From positions 1-35,881 of IMG/VR virus record IMGVR_UViG_3300033067_002348: DNA of 35,881 nucleotides; one strand, given 5' to 3'. This document shows positions 1-7,417 of this stretch, in pieces. Each line of letters opens with the position of its first letter. Within the stretch, counting starts at the first letter, position 1. A program made the translations under genes and the position numbers. The notes under the pieces are model-generated. The model saw only the letters and a list, made by a program, of their open reading frames with translations, had not been told where the DNA came from and did no database searches. The stretch is from a virus (Duplodnaviria; Caudoviricetes).

Positions 1-73
1 ACAGTGAACGTCACGTCTGGGTAGTTGCTGATTTTGATGATCGAAACTTGCTTCTCACAAAAGGAAGGCTCCT

Positions 74-544
74 ATGATCACCCATAATGCAAAAAAAGAA
101 GAACTAAAGCTTAATACGCCCTTTAGAGCCGAAGAAATCGAATGGAGAGCCAGCAGCTCTGGCTTTGATACCGCCAAGAAGCAACCATGGGCAACCATAG
201 TTCCTTATTTAAAGACGCGAGCGATCCAGGAAAGACTCGACACCATTATGGGGCCAGATAAGTGGATGTGCAGCTTCGCTAAGGTCGACGGAGGCTTTAT
301 TTGCACGCTATCCATCAAGTTTTCCAATGATTGGATAATGAAACAAGACGGCGCTGATCCGACCGAAGTGGAGCCCTTCAAGGGAGGAATATCGGACTCT
401 TTTAAAAGAGCGGCCAGAATGTGGGGAATCGGAAGAGAGCTTACCAATACAGGAAGGGTTTATGCTCAGTTCGTAGACAAAAGTAGTTCCGATTATTCCC
501 TAAAGATCAATGGCACAACTTATTACTGGAGGGCACCCTTATGA
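74..544 (+). CDS. Rad52/Rad22-family single-strand annealing protein (Sak-like), allele A
   Basis: PF-x-x-EEIEWR, PYLKTRAIQERLD-x-x-x-GP-x-x-W and KGGISDSFKRAARMWGIGREL motifs typical of phage Rad52-like recombinases; SD-like AGGAAGG upstream. Confidence 0.85.
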   Translation: MITHNAKKEELKLNTPFRAEEIEWRASSSGFDTAKKQPWATIVPYLKTRAIQERLDTIMGPDKWMCSFAKVDGGFICTLSIKFSNDWIMKQDGADPTEVEPFKGGISDSFKRAARMWGIGRELTNTGRVYAQFVDKSSSDYSLKINGTTYYWRAPL

Positions 545-738
545 CCGGAATCAACTTGATTTTATCAGTCGTTACGATTTTCTCTGTCGTTTTCAACATA
601 GCTTTCTACATCGAAGTTCTAGCTTTGGCGGCAAGGGTAAACAGGATGGACAAAGAATACTGGATTTTCAGGAGCGGCGATTTTTATCTTCCCGAGCAAA
701 AAGTTGAGAGACAGGATTCACAGAATCAATTTCAATAG
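541..738 (+). CDS. Small membrane protein
   Basis: ATGA overlap with sak, N-terminal hydrophobic helix, and conserved with mostly silent changes in the second copy (35652..35849). Confidence 0.75.
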   Translation: MTGINLILSVVTIFSVVFNIAFYIEVLALAARVNRMDKEYWIFRSGDFYLPEQKVERQDSQNQFQ

Positions 739-743
739 TCATC

Positions 744-986
744 ATGGGCCGATCCGTGGGGAATTGCCGAAATTACACTAAAGAATCTTCTCTTGAGGTC
801 CACTCGGGAAAAGTAGGAATTGATCTCTCAGGTTACAGCATGAAAAAGCTGAGAAACTATATGGGCCTTAAACCCTACGTCTCTCAAATTCGATACTGCC
901 TTCGCTGTGATTCCAAATTCCTCAGTCACCATGTTGGAAACAGAATTTGCGAGAAATGCAGCACAAGTACCATTATGAGGTTTTAA
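744..986 (+). CDS. Small zinc-finger protein
   Basis: CLRC...NRICEKC (two CxxC pairs) at the C-terminus. Confidence 0.7.
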   Translation: MGRSVGNCRNYTKESSLEVHSGKVGIDLSGYSMKKLRNYMGLKPYVSQIRYCLRCDSKFLSHHVGNRICEKCSTSTIMRF

Positions 987-1168
987 TCTTCCTCATTCTG
1001 ATGGGATGCACTGAAAGTATAAAAACAAGAGATTGCCGGACAATTTGCGGCGGAGCAGCAATGACCCTAACTCAAGGCTTTATCTGCACTTGCGAAATAA
1101 GCCCCACCGAGTCAAAGACCGTTCGACTCGATAGGGCAATTGTATTACAGCCAATTAAGCAACGATGA
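947..1168 (+). CDS. Small Cys-rich, possibly lipoprotein ORF (start uncertain or frameshifted)
   Basis: LIFLILMGC lipobox-like segment followed by four more Cys; no convincing start codon in frame. Confidence 0.4.
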   Translation: MREMQHKYHYEVLIFLILMGCTESIKTRDCRTICGGAAMTLTQGFICTCEISPTESKTVRLDRAIVLQPIKQR

Positions 1169-1376
1169 TGCGAATCTGCGAAAGCTTCTCTTCACAAATT
1201 GCCAAACGCGCTTGGAGGTCTGCGACCTGCAATTCAAGTTCGGCGATTCGGGCCAAAAGAGCTGAATTGTCTCCTTCGACGATTGAATCAACGGCGGCTC
1301 TAATTTCTGCGATATCGGCTGCGATGCTCACGGCTTTGACGTCCACTAATGCTAAAACTTCAACTTTACTCATCAT
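1155..1376 (-). CDS. Small coiled-coil protein
   Basis: SD-like AGGGG upstream; heptad pattern LLARIAELELQVADLQARLAICEEKL. Confidence 0.7.
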   Translation of the reverse strand: MMSKVEVLALVDVKAVSIAADIAEIRAAVDSIVEGDNSALLARIAELELQVADLQARLAICEEKLSQIRIIVA

Positions 1377-1429
1377 TTTCCCCCTAAGAATGCAACGTGC
1401 ACTCTAAAATTTGTATGCTCTCATTGTGT

Positions 1430-1458
1430 ATGAAATTCAAAAGTCCGCAAGTTATAAT
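1430..1458 (+). promoter_or_regulatory. Sigma70-type promoter, probably leaderless for the 1464 gene
   Basis: ATGAAA-17nt-TATAAT, with the GTG start 5 nt after the -10 box and no SD. Confidence 0.55.
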
Positions 1459-1463
1459 GAAAC

Positions 1464-1751
1464 GTGAAGTTTCCAAAGAATGCTCCACTTAAAAGCGAGG
1501 AAAATCTTGAACGTATTCGTCAATCTCAATGCATGGTTTGCGGGAGTAGGCCGCCAAATGACCCACATCACTTGCGCACGAGGGGTGCATCAGGAGGAGA
1601 TGAGCTTGAAAACCTCGTTGCCCTCTGCAGAAAGCATCACGTCGAAATCCATAAAATCGGAGTCAAAACCTTCATTGATCGATATAAGCTTGCCGTTTCC
1701 TTCGATTCAGGATGGCCCAAAAGGATCGTCTTGCCCGAAAAAGCCGATTAG
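1464..1751 (+). CDS. HNH-like nuclease (DUF968/putative HNHc type)
   Basis: CMVCG...DPHHLRTRGASGGD...NLVALCRKHHVEIH zinc/His-Me motif. Confidence 0.8.
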   Translation: MKFPKNAPLKSEENLERIRQSQCMVCGSRPPNDPHHLRTRGASGGDELENLVALCRKHHVEIHKIGVKTFIDRYKLAVSFDSGWPKRIVLPEKAD

Positions 1752-1759
1752 CCCAGAAT
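1731..1759 (+). promoter_or_regulatory. Sigma70-type promoter, probably leaderless for the 1766 gene
   Basis: TTGCCC-17nt-CAGAAT, with ATG 6 nt downstream. Confidence 0.5.
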
Positions 1760-1765
1760 AATCGC

Positions 1766-2122
1766 ATGAACAGAGTCCCCTATTATACCGTCTCGATGAC
1801 AACCAATACGACTCTTACAACACTGATCACGATCGAAAAATGGGACCAACTGATTCTCTATGTTCCGGCACTTTCAACAGTCGCAGGATCGGGCACAATC
1901 ACCGCAACACTTAAAGTCAGCTACGGAGCCGCATCCGCCGCTACTGCCTATTATTATGACTATGTATCAAACGCTCCTAGAGACTGTGTTGTTACGCTTA
2001 GCACTGGGGGAGCTTATGAGTTTCCAAACCCAGGAGCCGCCAATGCTGTTCAAATCAAGTTTGATGTGGCCGCAACACAAGCAACCACTTGTTATCTCAT
2101 GACACCTAAGACAACGTTCTAA
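1766..2122 (+). CDS. Thr-rich beta-strand virion-type protein, apparent paralog of 15642..15974
   Basis: Start reassigned to ATG 1766; shares YT..T.T..D..L.V.A and G.Y..P.PG...F..A.T patterns with 15642..15974. Confidence 0.7.
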   Translation: MNRVPYYTVSMTTNTTLTTLITIEKWDQLILYVPALSTVAGSGTITATLKVSYGAASAATAYYYDYVSNAPRDCVVTLSTGGAYEFPNPGAANAVQIKFDVAATQATTCYLMTPKTTF

Positions 2123-2123
2123 T

Positions 2124-3362
2124 ATGACGATCTATCGACCATGGATCAGATTCATTGATGACGATCTGGCCGCTTATTTTAAAGCCGTCAAGTCTGCATG
2201 TGGAATCGAGATCGGATACACTGAAAAGCTTGCAACGATTGCGTTCATACGCGGATTAAAAAACGCAGGGATCTATCAACAACTCGATCGACTCTGGCTA
2301 ATGAGTCCGACCTGCTCTTCCGCCGCCCTGCTTGATTTCATCACTCTTCAAAGCATGACGAACGTTAACTCTGCAACGTGGTCAACCAGCGGATGGACCT
2401 TTAACGGAACAAACAATTATTTGGACACAAATTTTAGTCCACTTCAAAACACGACAAAAATGACGACCTCTTCAATGAGTTTGGGGGTTTTTCTTAATTC
2501 CTGCACGGTTTCTGGAACGAACCATACGATTGCTGGCGTTGTCGATTTAGCACTTTCTCACCTTGGAATAACCGCATCCGAAACGACAGGAAACACAGGA
2601 TTTTCCTATTTTGCCGGATCTTCTGTGGGGGGAAGAAACATCAACTACACGGCAAGCTCTTTTACATCAGGGATTGGTTTTCACGTTTCATCAAGAACGG
2701 CTTCTACGCTCATCTCGGCCCATGTGAGTGGGCACAACGTTGAAACAGCGACAGGAAGTAGTACGAGCAATCCCCCAGACAGCTATGATCTCTATCTCGG
2801 GGCCCGTAACAGTTCGGGAACTGCTATTAACTTCACTCCATGCACCATGGCACTTGCCTTTGCTGGAGCAGGACTCACTCAAACTCAACTCAGAACCTTT
2901 GATAACCTTCAACGAATCTATCAAATGGCTCTTGGTCGATATGCTTACACCCCTGCGGCGGATACTTATTTTTCGAATCAATCCATCACAGATCAGACAG
3001 AGAAATATGCAGTGAACCGTGCCATTCATGCGATGATTCATGGAAGAATCTGGCAGAACTGCGATCGAGTTTATTTAAGATCTCCAACCTCAAAAGCCGC
3101 AGCTCTTGCTTGCGCAAAATCGAATAATTCGCAGACAGACGTCAATAACGTCACATGGTCGACAGGCGGCATAGCCTACGATGGTGTCGCAGACTATCTA
3201 AGAGGAGATGTGGCTGTGAACGCGCTTACAAATCTAACCCTGAACTCTACCCACGCCTTTATTCAATGGAGAGGTTCTTATAACCAGCCTTATTCCGTTG
3301 GGATGATGGGAGCAAAACTCGTCAATGACTACTATGCCCTTTTCTCAGGAGCCGTCGCATGA
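2124..3362 (+). CDS. Putative virion appendage or lectin-like (LamG/ConA-like) protein with internal duplication
   Basis: Two homologous units (TEKLA..GIYQQLDRLWLMSPT..NVNSATWSTSGWTFNGTNNYL vs TEKYA..RIWQNCDRVYLRSPT..DVNNVTWSTGGIAYDGVADYL); Ser/Thr rich. Confidence 0.7.
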   Translation: MTIYRPWIRFIDDDLAAYFKAVKSACGIEIGYTEKLATIAFIRGLKNAGIYQQLDRLWLMSPTCSSAALLDFITLQSMTNVNSATWSTSGWTFNGTNNYLDTNFSPLQNTTKMTTSSMSLGVFLNSCTVSGTNHTIAGVVDLALSHLGITASETTGNTGFSYFAGSSVGGRNINYTASSFTSGIGFHVSSRTASTLISAHVSGHNVETATGSSTSNPPDSYDLYLGARNSSGTAINFTPCTMALAFAGAGLTQTQLRTFDNLQRIYQMALGRYAYTPAADTYFSNQSITDQTEKYAVNRAIHAMIHGRIWQNCDRVYLRSPTSKAAALACAKSNNSQTDVNNVTWSTGGIAYDGVADYLRGDVAVNALTNLTLNSTHAFIQWRGSYNQPYSVGMMGAKLVNDYYALFSGAVA

Positions 3363-3718
3363 GTTCAAGCTCACCACTTGGGTTCGCAAATTATTATAAC
3401 GTTAGAAAATTCGCCGGTGGGGGGTTTCCTCAATATACAAATTCTGGAAACAGATCGAGCTCCACAAGTCTCAGATTCTTTCAGGACGGGGTGTTCCTCG
3501 TAGCGGTAACAACGGCGGATTCAGGCGCACTTCCGACCCATGCCTGGGCAAACGGCGGCCTGGCCGACTCCGCATCGTCAGTGTCGGAATATGCCTTGAT
3601 GACGGAAACCTTCTCGACAGTCGGAAAATCAATGACAGATGCAGCACATGCGCTTTTAAATCAGATTGCCGTTGAATATAACGGAACCGTGATTGTTGGC
3701 GGAAGGCTGGAGTTTTAA
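3359..3718 (+). CDS. C-terminal half of the second repeat unit of 2124..3362 (split gene or frameshift)
   Basis: GNRSSSTSLRFFQDG...VGKSMTDAAHALLNQI...GR aligns by eye with SSRTASTLISAHVSG...AGAGLTQTQLRTFDNL...GR of unit 1. Confidence 0.6.
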   Translation: MSSSSPLGFANYYNVRKFAGGGFPQYTNSGNRSSSTSLRFFQDGVFLVAVTTADSGALPTHAWANGGLADSASSVSEYALMTETFSTVGKSMTDAAHALLNQIAVEYNGTVIVGGRLEF

Positions 3719-3720
3719 AA

Positions 3721-4137
3721 ATGCCCATTATTGATTTTGTAAGCCACATCTCAAGAGTCAGAATGCCTCCTAATTTCACCGAAATGATCGTTGTGACCGG
3801 AGATGATATTGATTTCTTTAGACGACAAGGAGAAGACTTCGAAACTTTCCCAAGAGTTCTTGAAGATGGAACCATGGTTTATCCGCTAAACATATTAACG
3901 ATGAACCACTGGACGAACCCCGAAAGACAACGACTTCGCGCTCTTTTAGGACCTGTTTACTCTCAACCCATTCAAGAAATAGCTCCAAACGTCTATTTAG
4001 GACCGCCCCTTATGGGAGACACCGAAGGCCTAACGCAGAGACAATTGAGAGAAATTGATGATATCAAAAATGGTCTCATCAATGGTCGACTCATCGAAAA
4101 ACGATTTACGAACACAATAATGGTGCAGGGAAATTGA
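3721..4137 (+). CDS. Hypothetical protein
   Basis: 138-aa ORF tightly packed in the plus-strand run. Confidence 0.65.
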   Translation: MPIIDFVSHISRVRMPPNFTEMIVVTGDDIDFFRRQGEDFETFPRVLEDGTMVYPLNILTMNHWTNPERQRLRALLGPVYSQPIQEIAPNVYLGPPLMGDTEGLTQRQLREIDDIKNGLINGRLIEKRFTNTIMVQGN

Positions 4138-4454
4138 ACGCAGCTCAAAAAAAGCTGTTTCTGAGGAGAAGGTTTGGTCTTCATCAAACGAAAGACACTC
4201 CCATTCCTGCTCCGGGATCCGAAGTTCCGCACCTTCTTTCTATCATTCAAGAGCAGCAAGAAATCATCGATATCTTCCTCGATAAGAACGAGGCTCTCAA
4301 TACGATTTTAGAGAAAACACTGATTGATATTAAACAAGTTGAGTTTGAAAACCGTGCTCTCAAAAAAGAGATTGAGATGCACATGACTCTTAGGTGGAAC
4401 GTTCGAAGGATTAAAGAAATATTGTTTAGCTTTATCCTGAAGCCCTTTTCCTAG
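4134..4454 (+). CDS. Hypothetical coiled-coil protein
   Basis: 4-nt overlap with the upstream ORF; heptad-rich middle. Confidence 0.6.
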   Translation: MNAAQKKLFLRRRFGLHQTKDTPIPAPGSEVPHLLSIIQEQQEIIDIFLDKNEALNTILEKTLIDIKQVEFENRALKKEIEMHMTLRWNVRRIKEILFSFILKPFS

Positions 4455-4906
4455 TAGAACTGGCAAAGCCTTGCTTCTCGCGACAACCACTCAATCAAAA
4501 AGCCCTTACAGTAGTCATCGCTCACCCGAAAATCGGCATTGCAATCGATAACCTTTCCAGGAAGTTCTGCTTCAATAGCATGCCAGGCTCTCATGATAGA
4601 TACCGTATCAATGGCTTTTTCCGAATCACAAGATTCCTGACTGTAAAGAGGTAAACAACTTTGATAGTGGGCCTCTACGAGCGCCAGATTGTCATCAACA
4701 CAGATTTGCTTATAAGGGTTGATTTCATCTTGGGTAAGAGCAATCGATTGAAGGTTTGATGAATCTTGAGGTGTCAGTTGTGAGCCGTCCCCACAGCCCG
4801 TTAAGAGAGAAACGAGCGACAGCACAACGACCACATAAAGAACGCAGGCGATAATCCTCGAAAGGAAAGCTCCCGCAATTAAAAATAGCCAAAATGAATC
4901 AGACAT
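4451..4906 (-). CDS. Putative lipoprotein
   Basis: Start reassigned to ATG 4906 (SD GGGAG); hydrophobic segment ending in LLTGC lipobox; Cys-rich mature part. Confidence 0.65.
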   Translation of the reverse strand: MSDSFWLFLIAGAFLSRIIACVLYVVVVLSLVSLLTGCGDGSQLTPQDSSNLQSIALTQDEINPYKQICVDDNLALVEAHYQSCLPLYSQESCDSEKAIDTVSIMRAWHAIEAELPGKVIDCNADFRVSDDYCKGFLIEWLSREARLCQFY

Positions 4907-5000
4907 TTGGTTCTCCCGCTTGATAAAGAAACCAGCCGATAAAAGCTCCGCCGATTCCGGCAATCCCTAAAATTAAGCTTATAAAAAGGATGTTTTCCAT
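4899..5000 (-). CDS. 33-aa single-pass membrane peptide (not in the ORF track)
   Basis: MENILFISLILGIAGIGGAFIGWFLYQAGEPNV*; its stop overlaps the start of the lipoprotein gene. Confidence 0.55.
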   Translation of the reverse strand: MENILFISLILGIAGIGGAFIGWFLYQAGEPNV

Positions 5001-5063
5001 GGCCTCTTATACTGCAGATTTAATGCCAGCTATAAGTGCCTGAATTCCCGAGTTTAGGGCGGC

Positions 5064-5486
5064 CTAAATAGACGAAATTTGCTCTAAAAACGACGCATTT
5101 AGGTTCCTGTATTCCCCAGGCTTCTCACAAACCCAAATCTTACGTTCAAATGTAGGGCGGCAATCAAGGTGAAGAAAGGCGCCATTAGGCGACCACGTGT
5201 AAATCCCAATTCCATGAAAGGGAGATCTCATCGCAAGAATAAACTGCTCAACCGCCGACAGGCGAATCCCGCCAAGCACAGTGATGTATCCATCAACGGC
5301 TTGTCCCTTATAATGATAGGAATCTTCAGAATGGCCAGTTGTGGCGTATGAGGCTGTGATTTTAAACTGATAGTCCTTAAGAACAATATCCCTGAACTGA
5401 TCGAGCTGTCTTAGAAACCAGTGGTCCATCTTCTCAGGACAATTGAATTCATTCGGCTTAAAATGCTTGAGATCCCATCCACGCAT
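5064..5486 (-). CDS. Endolysin, peptidase M15 family
   Basis: LKHFKPNEFNCP, SYHYKGQAVD and GIGIY...FLHLDCR zinc-peptidase motifs. Confidence 0.85.
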   Translation of the reverse strand: MRGWDLKHFKPNEFNCPEKMDHWFLRQLDQFRDIVLKDYQFKITASYATTGHSEDSYHYKGQAVDGYITVLGGIRLSAVEQFILAMRSPFHGIGIYTWSPNGAFLHLDCRPTFERKIWVCEKPGEYRNLNASFLEQISSI

Positions 5487-5500
5487 GCTTAAATATTCCC

Positions 5501-5671
5501 ATGAAACCTGAAGAAATGTCAGTCGATCAGTTAAAGGTTCTTGCTTACGATATTCTCGTCGAAATCGATAAGTATCAAAACAATCTCAAAGCCGTGAATC
5601 AGTTAATTGCCAGGAAGACTTCTGAGGCGGCTGTTAAGAATGACGTCCAGCTTCCCCTCGATGCGTGCTAA
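5501..5671 (+). CDS. 56-aa coiled-coil protein (not in the ORF track)
   Basis: MKPEEMSVDQLKVLAYDILVEIDKYQNNLKAVNQLIARK...; preceded by TTGAGA-17nt-TAAATA. Confidence 0.6.
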   Translation: MKPEEMSVDQLKVLAYDILVEIDKYQNNLKAVNQLIARKTSEAAVKNDVQLPLDAC

Positions 5672-5854
5672 TCGGTCGTGAATATCTTCGAGATCTCCCA
5701 CAGAATGCTCTAGCCTCTCAATTGATGCTGCATGGGCTTCAAGCTTATTGTCATTGTCGCTGATCCAGAAGGTAGCAGAAACAAGTGCGCAAAGAGCGCC
5801 AATCACAGCGCTAGTCGCTAATGATATCCATCCGCTGTCTAAGACCTGCTTCAA
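5603..5854 (-). CDS. Small membrane protein with coiled coil (holin/XhlA-like)
   Basis: One TM helix, then RLARIEGKLDVIL; lies between the tail fibre and endolysin genes; SD AAGGAG. Confidence 0.6.
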   Translation of the reverse strand: MKQVLDSGWISLATSAVIGALCALVSATFWISDNDNKLEAHAASIERLEHSVGDLEDIHDRLARIEGKLDVILNSRLRSLPGN

Positions 5855-5863
5855 TGAAGCTCC

Positions 5864-7417
5864 TTATGCCGTCACAAAGAGAAGGATCCATCGGGAAGTT
5901 CCCGTATCATAGATCAGCTCCGCGGCTCCGTTTCCAGTCGTTGAAACATCAGCTCCCGTCATCGTTGTGATTCGGTTTGCTGCAGATGCTCCCGCATTTT
6001 CATGAGCAAACGTCACCGCAACTCCAGCATTGTTGAATACGGTCAATCTTTGCCCATCAATTCCTGCTGTGATTCCCTGAATCGATGTGATTGTCGACCC
6101 AGTGATTCTCACAAAAGAATTCGTCGAACTCATCGCTGTGATTGTCGCTGTTGATGCAACATCAGCACGGGCTGTCGCAATAGCTCCCGTTAAGAACGAA
6201 GGAGCGGTTCCAGTGCTATGAATGAAATAATTTCCGCTAAAGGCAAAGTTATCTGCAATCGCAGCATTGTTTGTTCCAGCCGTTTGTGTTGAGGAATAAA
6301 AGTTAACCAGCCTTGTGATTGTGCTGGCCGCTCCCTTAGAAGCCGTTACTGCATTAAAAGCAGAAGCCAGAGAGCAGGTAAATGATGCATTTTGAGTCTG
6401 AACCTGAGATGCAATCGTGAGGATTTCACTCGTCGCCGAAGAGCTCATGATTGTTGAACTCAAAATCCCGTATTGAGTTGTTCCTGAAAGTGAAAGAGCA
6501 TCGGCAACTCTAAATCCAACTCCAGTCCCAGGAATGCCACCTATCGAAACAGTTTTGGTTGTCTTAAAAGATTCTGTGACAGAGAGAGCTCCATTTACAA
6601 TATGGGTCGAGGTGAAACCTGAAGATCCGATTGTAAAAATCCCCGTGCTGTCGATATCAAAAACCTGGGTCGATCCTTGATAGAATTCAAACTGACTTGC
6701 TCTTGAAGCATGGCTTGATCCATAAATATCAATTCGGGGATCTGTTCCTCCCGCTGATCCAGCCTGAAATCTTACAACAGAAGTACTTCCATTGATCTGA
6801 TAGTTAAAAGTATTTCCAGCTCCAGGATTGGCTGTTAAAGACGCACCATTCAAAACATGGGCATGCGCGGATGAAATTCCAATCGTGAATGCTCCTGCAG
6901 ATGTGATGGTTCCTACTGTTCCAGCCGTGGTCTTAAAATCTAAACTTGATCCTTGTGAGTCGATGGCAACGGCGAAAAGAGTGCTAAATCGATTTGTCGT
7001 TGATCCAAGATTAAAGGATGCATCTCCCTGGACCTTAAATGTTCCGGCATAGTTTCCTGAAAATAAAAAGTCCCCGGTTACGGTCACTTGAGTCGTAGAC
7101 ATTTCCAGAACGTTTGCGCCGTTTACAGAAAGGGCGATATCGTTCGCGCTCACTCTGTAAAGTCCGCAATCCGTATCATTTGTGAATGAATAAGAAGGCG
7201 CTGCAGCCGTTCCGTTGGGCAATCTCAAAATCGTTGGATTGATCGAGATCGTTCCATTAAAAGTTGCCGACCCATTTACGGTGATACCGTTTATGTTTAG
7301 GTCTTTGGATCCATCGGAAAGAGCGGCAATGATGTCTGCAAAGTTTGTATCAATCTGATCTGCATCAGACGTGGTTCCGTTGACAAAGTTTGAATATGTT
7401 ACTGACGGATATGCCAT
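5864..7417 (-). CDS. Tail fibre / receptor-binding protein
   Basis: N-terminal F-x-NGTTSDADQIDTNF anchor, GTAAAPSYSF-x-x-D-x-D-x-GLYR motif, C-terminal GIDGQRLTVFN...AANRI...LIYD...RW domain; very Ser/Thr/Gly rich. Confidence 0.85.
   Translation of the reverse strand: MAYPSVTYSNFVNGTTSDADQIDTNFADIIAALSDGSKDLNINGITVNGSATFNGTISINPTILRLPNGTAAAPSYSFTNDTDCGLYRVSANDIALSVNGANVLEMSTTQVTVTGDFLFSGNYAGTFKVQGDASFNLGSTTNRFSTLFAVAIDSQGSSLDFKTTAGTVGTITSAGAFTIGISSAHAHVLNGASLTANPGAGNTFNYQINGSTSVVRFQAGSAGGTDPRIDIYGSSHASRASQFEFYQGSTQVFDIDSTGIFTIGSSGFTSTHIVNGALSVTESFKTTKTVSIGGIPGTGVGFRVADALSLSGTTQYGILSSTIMSSSATSEILTIASQVQTQNASFTCSLASAFNAVTASKGAASTITRLVNFYSSTQTAGTNNAAIADNFAFSGNYFIHSTGTAPSFLTGAIATARADVASTATITAMSSTNSFVRITGSTITSIQGITAGIDGQRLTVFNNAGVAVTFAHENAGASAANRITTMTGADVSTTGNGAAELIYDTGTSRWILLFVTA

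Larger units (their letters stand above)
1..770 (+). repeat. Left copy of imperfect terminal direct repeat
   Basis: 1..77 is identical to 35115..35191 and 731..770 is identical to 35842..35881. The sak gene in between is diverged and the next ORF is nearly identical. Confidence 0.97.

Noticed and set aside
74-544. Diversity-generating retroelement template/variable repeat pair (the two sak copies)
   Set aside because: Differences affect all bases and include an indel, and no reverse transcriptase is present.
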